Assembly: GCA_035491815.1 (NCBI GenBank)
Contig: DATJKA010000047.1
Coordinates: 168,576 to 232,575, forward strand
DNA length: 64,000 nucleotides
From: Gemmatimonadales bacterium
GTDB lineage: Bacteria > Gemmatimonadota > Gemmatimonadetes > Gemmatimonadales > GWC2-71-9
Direction: 5' to 3'
Below, one piece after another: positions 10,586-19,570 of the stretch. The stretch's first letter is position 1; every line of letters starts with the position of its first letter. Position numbers and translations under genes: made by a program. Under the pieces are notes generated by a model. That model worked only from the letters and a program-made list of their open reading frames with translations, was not told the DNA's origin and searched no databases.

Positions 10586-12265
10586 ATGACCGATGCCGTG
10601 GCGGATGCCTGTATCGTCGGCTCGGGGGCGGGCGGCGGAATGGCCGCGTACGTCCTGACGAAAGCCGGCCTGAACGTCACCGTGCTCGAGGCGGGGGGTC
10701 CGTGGGACAACACGACCGACTCGCAAATGTTCACCTGGCCGTACGATTCGCCCCGCCGGGGTGCGTCGACCAAGGCGAAGCCGTTCGGAGAGTTCGACGG
10801 CTGCATCGGCGGCTGGGAAATCCCCGGCGAGCCCTACACCGTGGCCAAGGGCGACAAGTTCCGCTGGTGGCGCGCCCGGATGGTCGGCGGCCGGACCAAT
10901 CACTGGGGTCGTATTTCGCTGCGGTTCGGCCCGCGCGACTTCAAGGCCAAGACGTTCGACGGCCTGGGTGACGACTGGCCGATCAGCTACGACGACGTAA
11001 AGCCCTACTACGAGAAGCTCGAGCGGCTCGTCGGGGTCTTTGGGAGCAACGAGAACGTTCCCAACGCTCCGGACAGCATCTTCCTGCCGCCGCCCAAGCC
11101 GCGCTGCTACGAGCTGCTGGTCATGGAGGCGGCGAAGCGCCTCAAGGTCACCTGCGTCCCGTCGCGGCTTTCGATTCTCACCCAGCCGCTCAACGGCCGC
11201 GCCAAGTGCCACTTTTGCGGCCAGTGCAATCGCGGCTGCAAGACGAACTCGAATTTTTCCTCGACGAACGTGCTGATCGCGCCGGCGCGCGCCACCGGCA
11301 AGCTGACGCTGGTGACGAACGCGATGGCGCGCGAAGTCACGCTCGACCGCTCCGGTAAGGCGAGTGGCGTGACGTACATCAACACGACCGATGGCAGCGA
11401 GCATCACGTCGACGCCCGCGTCGTCGTGCTGGCGGCGAGCGCGTGCGAGACGTCACGCCTCTTGCTCAACTCGACGTCGGCATCGTTCCCGAACGGCCTC
11501 GCGAACACCAGCGGCACCGTCGGCAAGTATCTCACCGACACAACCGGGACGGACGTCGGCGGCTTCGTGCCGAAAATGATGGATCCCGTGCCTCACAACC
11601 ACGACGGGGTGGGCGGCATGCACGTCTATATGCCGTGGTGGCTCGACAACAAGCAGCTCGACTTCCCGCGCGGTTACCACATCGAGGTCTGGGGAGGCGC
11701 CGGTCTGCCGGAAGCCGGATTCGGCGGCGGCATCGAGGAGCAAAACGGCGGCGGCTACGGCAAGCAGCTGAAGAACGACTACCGCCGCTACTACGGCGCG
11801 TACATCGGCTTCTCCGGTCGCGGCGAGATGATTCCGAATGAGAACAGCTACTGCGAGATCGACCCCAACGTCGTCGACAAATGGGGGATTCCGGTGCTGC
11901 GCTTCCACTGGAAGTTCACCGATCACGAGTATCTGCAGGTGAAGCACATGCAGCAGACGTTCCGTGCCCTCATCACCGAGATGGGCGGGACGCCGTGGGG
12001 GGAGATGCCCAGCAAGGAGGACGGCTACGGCATCGCGGCAGGTGGCGTGATCATTCATGAGCTGGGCGGCGCGCGCATGGGCGCTGATCCGAAGAGCTCG
12101 GTGGTGAACGCCAACTGTCAGACGCACGACGTGAAGAACCTGTTCGTGGCCGACGGCGGTCCGTTCACGTCGCAGGCCGACAAGAACCCGACCTGGACGA
12201 TCATGGCGCTGTCATGGCGGACGTCGGAATACATCGCGGACCAGCTCACCAAGAGGGCACTATGA
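10586..12265 (+). CDS. GMC-family FAD-dependent oxidoreductase (catalytic subunit)
   Basis: 559 aa with the N-terminal FAD fold VGSGAGGGMAAYVLTKAGLNVTVLEAG. AAGGAG lies 8 nt upstream of the ATG. Confidence 0.85.
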   Translation: MTDAVADACIVGSGAGGGMAAYVLTKAGLNVTVLEAGGPWDNTTDSQMFTWPYDSPRRGASTKAKPFGEFDGCIGGWEIPGEPYTVAKGDKFRWWRARMVGGRTNHWGRISLRFGPRDFKAKTFDGLGDDWPISYDDVKPYYEKLERLVGVFGSNENVPNAPDSIFLPPPKPRCYELLVMEAAKRLKVTCVPSRLSILTQPLNGRAKCHFCGQCNRGCKTNSNFSSTNVLIAPARATGKLTLVTNAMAREVTLDRSGKASGVTYINTTDGSEHHVDARVVVLAASACETSRLLLNSTSASFPNGLANTSGTVGKYLTDTTGTDVGGFVPKMMDPVPHNHDGVGGMHVYMPWWLDNKQLDFPRGYHIEVWGGAGLPEAGFGGGIEEQNGGGYGKQLKNDYRRYYGAYIGFSGRGEMIPNENSYCEIDPNVVDKWGIPVLRFHWKFTDHEYLQVKHMQQTFRALITEMGGTPWGEMPSKEDGYGIAAGGVIIHELGGARMGADPKSSVVNANCQTHDVKNLFVADGGPFTSQADKNPTWTIMALSWRTSEYIADQLTKRAL

Positions 12266-12882
12266 CGACGGGCGGACGGGCCGACGGGCCGACGGGCGGT
12301 ATGTCGCGGCGTGACGCACTGGCCGCCGTGGCAGCCGCAGCCCTCACAACGGCATTTCGCTGGACCCCCGAGGAAACGCGCCGCGTCACGGCACTGGTCA
12401 AATCCGCGCCGGCGCCGTTTGCCCCGGCATTCTTCACGCCGCACGAGCTCGAGACGGTTCGGCTCCTGAGCGACCTGATCATCCCGCGCGACGAGCGCTC
12501 CGGGAGTGCCACCGAAGCCGGCGTGCCCGAGTTCATGGACTTCATGATGATGGACCGGCCGGACGGTCAGACGCCGATGCGGGGCGGCCTGGCGTGGCTC
12601 GACAACGAGGCGCTCGAGCGGTTCGGCAAGACGTTCGTCGCCGTCGCGGACGCCCAACGCACGGCGATCCTCGACGACATCGCGTGGCCGAAGAAGGCGC
12701 GTCCCGAGATGAGTCAGGGCGTGGCGTTCTTCAACATGTTCCGCGACCTGACGGCGTCGGGTTTCTGGTCGAGCAAGATGGGCGTGACCGACCTTGGCTA
12801 TCAGGGCAACACGTTCGTCCCTGACTGGAAGGGCTGCCCGCCCGAAGCGCTGCAAAAACTCGGCGTCCACTATGAGGACTGA
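12262..12882 (+). CDS. gluconate 2-dehydrogenase subunit 3 family small subunit with Tat signal
   Basis: ATGA overlap with the GMC gene. Twin-arginine signal ...MSRRDALAAVAAAALT.... Confidence 0.75.
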   Translation: MTTGGRADGPTGGMSRRDALAAVAAAALTTAFRWTPEETRRVTALVKSAPAPFAPAFFTPHELETVRLLSDLIIPRDERSGSATEAGVPEFMDFMMMDRPDGQTPMRGGLAWLDNEALERFGKTFVAVADAQRTAILDDIAWPKKARPEMSQGVAFFNMFRDLTASGFWSSKMGVTDLGYQGNTFVPDWKGCPPEALQKLGVHYED

Positions 12883-14121
12883 ATGACGAAACGCCTCGGC
12901 ATCGGGATGATCGGCAGCGGCTTCAACGCCAAGTTCCACTTGCTGGGATTCCAGGGGGTCCGGGACGCCGACGTCCTGGGCGTCTGGAGTCCGAATCAAA
13001 AGAACGCGGGCGACACCGCAACCATCGCGCGCGCGCTCGGCGTGGGCGACGCGAAGGCCTACCCGTCGATTGCGGCAATGGTCGAAGATCCGGCCATCGA
13101 AGCGATCTGGCTTTCAGGACCGAACCATGCGCGCGTCGAGAACGTCCAGGAGATCGTCAGCAGTCTCGAGCGCGGCAAAGGCGAGCTCAAGGGCATCGCG
13201 TGCGAGAAGCCGCTGGCGCGGAACGTGAGCGAAGCGAAGCAGGTGCTCGACCTGGTGAACAAGGTCGGACTGCCGCACGGCTATCTCGAGAATCAGGTCT
13301 TCGCGCCCGCGGTCGAAGTCGGTCGCAATCTGCTCTGGGCTCGTGGTGCGAAGCTCACCGGCAGGCCGTATCTCGCGCGCGCCGCGGAAGAGCACAGCGG
13401 GCCGCACGCGCCGTGGTTCTGGCAGGGCAAGCTGCAGGGCGGCGGCGTGTTGAACGACATGATGTGCCACTCGTCGCTGCTGGTGCAGCATCTGCTCACC
13501 GATCCCACCAAGCCGGCGACCACGGTGCAGCCCAAGCGGATCAGCGGGCACATCGCGAGCCTCAAGTGGAGTCGTCCCGAATACGCAAAGCGGCTCTCCG
13601 CCACGATGGGCAAAGAAGTCAACTACGAGACGAGCCCGTCCGAGGACTTCGCCGCCGTGATGATCGAGTTCGAGACCGAGGACGGGCAGCGGATCCTGGG
13701 TGAGGCGACGACGTCGTGGAGCTTCGTCGGCGCAGGCCTGCGGCTGTCCGCCGAGCTGCTCGGCCCCGAGTATTCGCTGCAGTGGAACTCGCTCGACTCC
13801 GGTCTCAAGCTGTTCTTCAGTCGCGAAGTCCAGGGAAAGGCCGGCGAGGACCTGGTCGAGAAGCAGAACGCCGAGGTGGGCCAGATGCCGGTGGTTGCGG
13901 GCGAAGCGTGGACTTACGGGTATGAAGCAGAGGATCGCTACTTCGTCGACTGCTTCCTGAAGAAGAAGAAGCCGTGGCTCACGTTCGATGACGGATTACG
14001 CGTGGTGAAGGTCTTGATGACGGCGTACATGAGCGCCGAGCAAGGGAAGACGCTCGACTTCCCCGGGCCCGGCGTCGAGCACTTTGTCCCCGCAGTCGCG
14101 AAGGGAACCTGGCAACCATGA
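12883..14121 (+). CDS. Gfo/Idh/MocA family oxidoreductase
   Basis: 412 aa with an N-terminal Rossmann fold (LGIGMIGSGFNAKFH). The start immediately follows the upstream stop. Confidence 0.85.
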   Translation: MTKRLGIGMIGSGFNAKFHLLGFQGVRDADVLGVWSPNQKNAGDTATIARALGVGDAKAYPSIAAMVEDPAIEAIWLSGPNHARVENVQEIVSSLERGKGELKGIACEKPLARNVSEAKQVLDLVNKVGLPHGYLENQVFAPAVEVGRNLLWARGAKLTGRPYLARAAEEHSGPHAPWFWQGKLQGGGVLNDMMCHSSLLVQHLLTDPTKPATTVQPKRISGHIASLKWSRPEYAKRLSATMGKEVNYETSPSEDFAAVMIEFETEDGQRILGEATTSWSFVGAGLRLSAELLGPEYSLQWNSLDSGLKLFFSREVQGKAGEDLVEKQNAEVGQMPVVAGEAWTYGYEAEDRYFVDCFLKKKKPWLTFDDGLRVVKVLMTAYMSAEQGKTLDFPGPGVEHFVPAVAKGTWQP

Positions 14122-14825
14122 CTCTCCCGCTAGCTTTGTTGCTGATGGTCCAAGTACCCCAGCAGTGGCCGCAACATTCGATGGATCGACCGCGCCCGCC
14201 GGTGGTAAACCCGGGCCCGCCGCCGAGCGACGCGGTGGTCTTGTTCGACGGGAAAGATCTGTCGCAATGGCGGTCGGAGGACTCGACACCAGCGAAGTGG
14301 ACCGTCGCGAACGGATACATGGAAGTGAAGGCGGGCACCGGCATGATTCAGTCGGCGCGCGGCTTCGGCGACGTGCAGCTCCATCTCGAGTGGGCCACTC
14401 CAGCCGCCGTCCAAGGCGAGAGCCAGGAGCGGGGCAACAGCGGCGTCTTCTTGATGGGGATCTACGAGCTGCAGGTCCTCGATTCCTACCAGAACGACAC
14501 CTATCCCGACGGCCAGGCGGGCGCGGTGTACGGCGAGAATCCGCCGCTGGTGAATCCCACGCGCGGTCCGGGCCAATGGCAGACGTACGACGTCGTCTTT
14601 CACCGCCCGCATTTCAAATCGGACGGCACGCTCGAGAGCCCCGCGCGGATGACGGTGTTTCTCAATGGCGTGTTGATCCAGGACAATTTCGAGCTGGTCG
14701 GACCCACGGCCAATCGCGCGCGGCCGCCGTACAAGGCGCATCCCGACAAGCTGCCGCTGAAGCTACAGGACCACGGCAACCCGGTCCGTTACCGCAACAT
14801 CTGGGTACGAGAACTGGAGCGTTAG
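14118..14825 (+). CDS. DUF1080 (3-keto-disaccharide hydrolase family) protein, secreted
   Basis: 235 aa with ATGA overlap to the upstream gene. Motifs ...W.V.NG......G.....FGD..LH.EW...GNSGVF....YE.QVLDSY... and ...LQDHGNPVRYRNIWVREL. Confidence 0.85.
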   Translation: MTLPLALLLMVQVPQQWPQHSMDRPRPPVVNPGPPPSDAVVLFDGKDLSQWRSEDSTPAKWTVANGYMEVKAGTGMIQSARGFGDVQLHLEWATPAAVQGESQERGNSGVFLMGIYELQVLDSYQNDTYPDGQAGAVYGENPPLVNPTRGPGQWQTYDVVFHRPHFKSDGTLESPARMTVFLNGVLIQDNFELVGPTANRARPPYKAHPDKLPLKLQDHGNPVRYRNIWVRELER

Positions 14826-14970
14826 CCTGGAGCTGTAGCAACTGAAGCTGAGTCTCCGCGCCGGTCTCATCACCGGCGTCCTTCTCCTCTGCGTTGTCAT
14901 CGCGATCGCCGCCCATTTCGGGAAGGCGGACGAGTACGCGAAGCTCCTCTATCGGGCGCGGCCCGCGTGG

Positions 14971-15795
14971 TTGGCGCTGGCACTCCTGCTGCAAACGGCG
15001 ACATACGTCTGCGCCGGCGGCGTGTGGCAGCGCGCGCTGGCGCGACAGGACCACCATCGCTCGCTCGTTCAGATGGTGCGGCTGGGCGTCGTCAAACTCT
15101 TTATGGACCAGGCGGTGCCGTCCGCGGGGATCTCGGGGAACGTGCTGGTCGCCCGCGCGCTCGGCCACCGCGGCCTGTCGCACGCGCGGGCGGTGGCGAC
15201 GGTGCTCGCGGGCCTCATCTCGTTCTACATCGCCAACGGCATCGCCGTCGCCGGCGCGCTCACGATCCTGTGGCTCACCGGGCGTGTCAGCCGCTCCATC
15301 ACGCTGCTCGCGACCGCATTTGCCGCGGTGCTGGCGCTCTTTTTGGCGGCTATCCTCTGGATAACGCGCGGCTCGTCACGCGTGCCGCGATGGGTTCACA
15401 AGGTCAAACCGCTCGAGAAATTACTCGCGGGGCTGGGCGAGCGGCCGCCGCGCGTCGTGCGCGACGGCGTCTTCCTGGTGGAGGGGACGGCCCTGCAGCT
15501 TGTCCTCATCCTGCTCGATGCCGCGACGTTATGGGCCGTGCTGCAGTCGGTCGGCGTCGGCATTCCGGCTAGCGGCGCCTTCGCCGCCTACACGATGGCG
15601 TCCGTCGTCGCGATGTTGTCGCTGCTCCCGGCTGGACTGGGAACGTTCGACGGCATGGCAATCGGGATGCTGCACGCGTTTCGCGTGCCGCTCGAGGCGG
15701 CGGTGGCGGGGACGGTCTTGCTCCGGGGACTGACCTTCATTTTGCCGCTCGTGCCGGGCTTCTTCCTGGCGCGCGCGGAAGCGCTGAAATCCTAG
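14971..15795 (+). CDS. lysylphosphatidylglycerol-synthase-TM-region (UPF0104) family membrane protein
   Basis: 274-aa polytopic ORF from a TTG start. The same frame is open back to 14839 and encodes a plausible first TM helix, but the only start-like codon there is CTG (14842). The true N-terminus is therefore uncertain. Confidence 0.65.
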   Translation: MALALLLQTATYVCAGGVWQRALARQDHHRSLVQMVRLGVVKLFMDQAVPSAGISGNVLVARALGHRGLSHARAVATVLAGLISFYIANGIAVAGALTILWLTGRVSRSITLLATAFAAVLALFLAAILWITRGSSRVPRWVHKVKPLEKLLAGLGERPPRVVRDGVFLVEGTALQLVLILLDAATLWAVLQSVGVGIPASGAFAAYTMASVVAMLSLLPAGLGTFDGMAIGMLHAFRVPLEAAVAGTVLLRGLTFILPLVPGFFLARAEALKS

Positions 15796-17024
15796 CGCGG
15801 CGGCGCTGGAGCCTCGGCGGGCCGAGCCTGCGGCCGGAAGAACACGGCAAAGAAGAGCAGGACAAACGCGGCGAATCCCGCGGGCAGCCACCAGAACTGC
15901 CCCCACTGCGGCAGCGTCAATGCGGTCGCGCCGCCGAGGAAGCCGTTGTAGACGCGACCGGCGATTTGCGCGCCGATCAGCATGCCGACGCCGTAGGTGA
16001 CCAGCACGAGGAACCCCTGCGCCTGACCGCGCACCGCGGGCGTCGACTTCTTGTCCACGTAGATCTGGCCGGTCACGAAGAAGAAGTCATAACACGGCCC
16101 GTGCAGTGCGATGCCCAGCAGAATCATCCAGAACACGGCGCTCGGCGCGGCCAGCGCGAACAGCGCGTACCGCAGCACCCAGGCCCCCATGCCCAGCATC
16201 AGCATTTTCTTCACGCCGAGCCGCAGGAACATGAGCGGCATCAGCAGCATGAAGATGGTCTCCGACATCTGGCCGACCGTCTGCGTCGCGGCGATGCGGG
16301 TCACACCGGCGGCGCCGAGGTAGAGCTGCGTGAAGTTGTAGTACACGGCCAGCGGGATGCAGAGCAGCAGCGACGCGGTGATGAAGATGTAGAACGGCTT
16401 ATCCCCGATCTGCGCGAACGCGTCGAGTCCGACGATACTCCGAAGCGAAACCGGTTGTCCGCGTGCGGGCGGCGGCGTATGCGGCAGTGTAAAGCTGTAG
16501 AGGCCGAGTAGCACGCTGGCCGCGGCCGACGTGTACACCGGCCAGGCCGTCTGCTCCGCGACGCCCCCGATCAGCGGGCCGAGCAGGAAGCTGATGAACA
16601 GCCCGGCCACGATCCAGCCGATCGTCCCGAACACCCGGATCAAGGGGAACTGCTGCTCCTGCGACTGGATGTGATGGAACGCCAGGCTATTGGCGAGGCC
16701 CAGCGTCGGCATGTAGCACAGGTTGTAGACGAGGAGCAGCAGGATGAAGGTGACGGGGGAGCCGACGAAGCGCGGCACGGCGAACAGCACGAGGCCGCCC
16801 AGGACATGCAGGACCCCCAGCACCTTCTCCGTGGCGAAGTAGCGATCGGCGACCAGGCCCAAAAAGAATGGAGCGACGATGGCCGCTATCGGATTGACCG
16901 TATAGGGCCAGTAAGTCAGTCGCTCCATCCCGTGATTCGTCATGAACACGGCAATCGTCGTGTACCATGCCCCCCAGATGAAGAACTGGAGGAACATCAT
17001 CACGGACAGCTTGGTCCGAATCAC
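15792..17024 (-). CDS. MFS nucleoside:H+ symporter (NupG/XapB family)
   Basis: Start reassigned to the GTG at 17024, giving (M)IRTKLSVMMFLQFFIWGAWYTTI.., collinear with the NupG N-terminus. The longer track ORF (to 17318) overlaps the upstream lipoprotein gene and is Arg/Ser-rich junk. Confidence 0.8.
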   Translation of the reverse strand: MIRTKLSVMMFLQFFIWGAWYTTIAVFMTNHGMERLTYWPYTVNPIAAIVAPFFLGLVADRYFATEKVLGVLHVLGGLVLFAVPRFVGSPVTFILLLLVYNLCYMPTLGLANSLAFHHIQSQEQQFPLIRVFGTIGWIVAGLFISFLLGPLIGGVAEQTAWPVYTSAAASVLLGLYSFTLPHTPPPARGQPVSLRSIVGLDAFAQIGDKPFYIFITASLLLCIPLAVYYNFTQLYLGAAGVTRIAATQTVGQMSETIFMLLMPLMFLRLGVKKMLMLGMGAWVLRYALFALAAPSAVFWMILLGIALHGPCYDFFFVTGQIYVDKKSTPAVRGQAQGFLVLVTYGVGMLIGAQIAGRVYNGFLGGATALTLPQWGQFWWLPAGFAAFVLLFFAVFFRPQARPAEAPAPPR

Positions 17025-17028
17025 CGCG

Positions 17029-17826
17029 CTATTGTGCCGATACTGCGAGCTCCTTCGTGAGCCGGACGATGATGTGCGCCCCCGCCGGCAGGATGATGTC
17101 CGAGTCCTTCGTCGCGTTGGCGTATCCGGCGCCGGCGATGCCGCCGACGACGCCGCCGATGATCGTGCCCTTCTTGTTGCCGCCGAGCACGCGACCCAAC
17201 ACTGCGCCGGCCACTGCGCCGGCTCCGACCTTGGCGGCGTCACCCCCCGTGACCCCCCGCCCCTTACTCGTCGTCTGGACCGAGTCGATGGCGGCCTCGA
17301 TCGGGTACGACGCGCCACGTACAGTGATGCTCGAAACGCTCAGGGTCAAGGTCCCCGGCGTCCGCGGATTGGGCGCCGGTTTCACCGCGGTCACGCTGCC
17401 GTGGACCATTGAACCGGCCGGAATCACGACCTGCCCGGAGGCATCCTTGACGTCGCTCAACACGCGAGCGGTGAACGCATCCCCGACTTTGGCGGTGCGC
17501 GACGAGATCGTGTCGGTCGCGCCGAGATCCACCTTCGTCCCGACGCCGGCCGTCAGCTGCGCCGGGGCCGTCGGAGGCGGCGCCGGAGTGTTTTTGTTCG
17601 TCGTCGGATTGCGGGTCGCCGGCGTCCGCGTCCGGGGTGGCGTCGTCTGCCGGGCTGGAGCGGCCACGCGGTCTGGCACGTCACGCATCGTCGCCGACGA
17701 CTCGGCCGGCGCGAGCGTGAGATTGCGGGCGGTGGAATCCTGAGATGCCTGGCTCTGCTCCTGCCCCTTTTGACAGGCAGTTGCGCCGAAAACGGCCAGC
17801 GTCGCGAGAATGACAAAGCGGTTCAT
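17029..17826 (-). CDS. lipoprotein with C-terminal glycine-zipper segment (paralog B)
   Basis: ATG at 17826 is preceded by GAGGA. Lipobox ...FGATAC. Paralog of 9662-10453, and separated by 4 nt from the nucleoside permease gene. Confidence 0.7.
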   Translation of the reverse strand: MNRFVILATLAVFGATACQKGQEQSQASQDSTARNLTLAPAESSATMRDVPDRVAAPARQTTPPRTRTPATRNPTTNKNTPAPPPTAPAQLTAGVGTKVDLGATDTISSRTAKVGDAFTARVLSDVKDASGQVVIPAGSMVHGSVTAVKPAPNPRTPGTLTLSVSSITVRGASYPIEAAIDSVQTTSKGRGVTGGDAAKVGAGAVAGAVLGRVLGGNKKGTIIGGVVGGIAGAGYANATKDSDIILPAGAHIIVRLTKELAVSAQ

Positions 17827-17893
17827 AATGTCCTCGTTCGAGATTTCTGGAAATGATCCCGCGTTAGCGTACCCGCCCGGCAAAGTCAGGTTT

Positions 17894-18616
17894 CTAGAGC
17901 CGCTGCCGCAAGAAGGCCGGGGTCAGGCCCTGCAGATACCCCGCAAGCACCGTAAAGCTATCAGTGACAAGCAGGATGCCCAACACGATCAGCATCGCTC
18001 CCGCGATACGATCGACCCATACAATGTAGGGCCGAAACCGCTGAAACCACCCCAGAAACCGGTCGAGCGCCAGCGCGGTGACGAGAAACGGAATCGCCAG
18101 GCCCAGGGCGTACACCGCGAGCAACCCCATTCCCTGCACCAGTCCTGCGCTCGTGGCCGCCAGCGTGAGAATGCCGCCGAGGATCGGGCCGATGCACGGC
18201 GTCCACGCCGCGCCGAAGGTCACGCCGACGAGTCCCGATCCAAAATACCCCAACGGTTTGCGCGCCAGCTCGACGCGCCATTCGCGCATCAGGAACAGCG
18301 GCCGCACGATCCCGAGGAGGTAGATCCCAAACAAGATCAGTAGCACGCCACCGATGCGCGCGACCCACTGCTGGTAATCACGGAGCAGCGTGCCGAGGGC
18401 CGACGCCGCGGCGCCCAGCAGGACGAACACGAGCGAAAATCCGGCGACGAACCACAGGCCGTGGAGTACGGCCGTGCCGCGACGCCGTTGGACCTCGTCG
18501 ACCGACATCCCCGTCAAATAGCCGACGTAGCTCGGGATGAGCGGCAGAACGCAGGGGGAGAGAAAGCTCAGCAGCCCGGCCGCAAACGCGACGAGCACGC
18601 TACCCGCAGAACGCAA
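17894..18616 (-). CDS. ccdA: cytochrome c biogenesis / thiol-disulfide transporter CcdA (DsbD family)
   Basis: 240 aa with ...[19 protein letters not shown]... and a second ...TPCIGPILG... motif. Confidence 0.85.
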   Translation of the reverse strand: MRSAGSVLVAFAAGLLSFLSPCVLPLIPSYVGYLTGMSVDEVQRRRGTAVLHGLWFVAGFSLVFVLLGAAASALGTLLRDYQQWVARIGGVLLILFGIYLLGIVRPLFLMREWRVELARKPLGYFGSGLVGVTFGAAWTPCIGPILGGILTLAATSAGLVQGMGLLAVYALGLAIPFLVTALALDRFLGWFQRFRPYIVWVDRIAGAMLIVLGILLVTDSFTVLAGYLQGLTPAFLRQRL

Positions 18617-19145
18617 CCGCCGAGACCACCGTCGTCCAGCGCCCGTCCGGCCCGCATTCGGCGGTGGACGTGACGTTCATCGTGCGCACGATCTCGCCGG
18701 ACAGCAGCCACTGCTCGCGCCGCGCGTCCCAGTCTTTCTCCGCTTCGAAGGGCACACCCAGCACCGTCGCCAGCATCGACGCGGCGAGATCCTCGGCGTA
18801 CTCGCCGGAGACCGTTTCGCTCTGGCCGTAGCTGTGGTGCTCGGAGATGTAGCCGTGGTGCGACGAATCGGCCGGCATCGCGACGCCGATCGACGCGGCG
18901 ACCAGACGGCTCGGCTCGTTCGTGGCCGATTCCGCGATCACGGCGAACACCACCTGACCGGGCTTGAGCATGCTCATCCCCTCTTCGCGATCCACGAGCT
19001 CGCAATGGGGAGGAAAAATGGAGCTCACCCGGACGAGATTGAAGTTCGCGAGGTGTGCATCGCGCAGCGCCATCTCGAAGCTGGTGAGCTTTTCCTTGTG
19101 CCGGCCGACGCCTTTCGTCAAAAAGGCTTTGGTCGGGATGAACAT
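18600..19145 (-). CDS. pdaD: pyruvoyl-dependent arginine decarboxylase
   Basis: [42 protein letters not shown]|IFPP contains the self-cleavage Ser-Ser site. The ATG at 19145 is preferred over the TTG at 19160. Confidence 0.8.
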   Translation of the reverse strand: MFIPTKAFLTKGVGRHKEKLTSFEMALRDAHLANFNLVRVSSIFPPHCELVDREEGMSMLKPGQVVFAVIAESATNEPSRLVAASIGVAMPADSSHHGYISEHHSYGQSETVSGEYAEDLAASMLATVLGVPFEAEKDWDARREQWLLSGEIVRTMNVTSTAECGPDGRWTTVVSAVAFCG

Positions 19146-19168
19146 TCGGGCGTCAATCAACTCTTTTT

Positions 19169-19570
19169 TTACCTCCCCTCGAACCAGACCGCGGGACCCA
19201 GCTCGACCGGCGGCTCGGCATCGCCGCCCCGGTCCACCGTCGCCTGTATCACCTGCGCCAGCACCTCGGCGGGGCTCAGGGCGACCTCTGCCACTTCGAT
19301 CTTCGCCTGGCCGCGGTCCTTCCCGCGCACCACGAGCATGTACTTGGCCGTGTAGACGCGCAACCGGCCCCCCCCGTCGTCACTCTTGCGCGTCACCACC
19401 GCCGTGCCCCACTCCCGCCCCTCACGCTTGATCGGACGAAATACATAGATCGTCTCGATCTCGGCGGGCGGGACCTGCGCCTCGACCGCCGCCGCGAGCT
19501 TTGCCCACCCCGCCCCCTGCCCCGGCAGGGGAGCTAGCGGTGTAAGACCGCTGGCGCCGATGCTTGCCAT
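19169..19570 (-). CDS. hypothetical protein
   Basis: 133-aa ORF with normal-looking composition. Its start overlaps the upstream gene by 37 nt, and no alternative ATG/GTG/TTG lies downstream of that gene's stop. Confidence 0.45.
   Translation of the reverse strand: MASIGASGLTPLAPLPGQGAGWAKLAAAVEAQVPPAEIETIYVFRPIKREGREWGTAVVTRKSDDGGGRLRVYTAKYMLVVRGKDRGQAKIEVAEVALSPAEVLAQVIQATVDRGGDAEPPVELGPAVWFEGR

Noticed and set aside
17025-17318. 5' extension of the nucleoside permease ORF.
   Set aside because: It overlaps the upstream lipoprotein gene and reads as Arg/Ser-rich sequence. The GTG at 17024 reproduces the NupG-type N-terminus.
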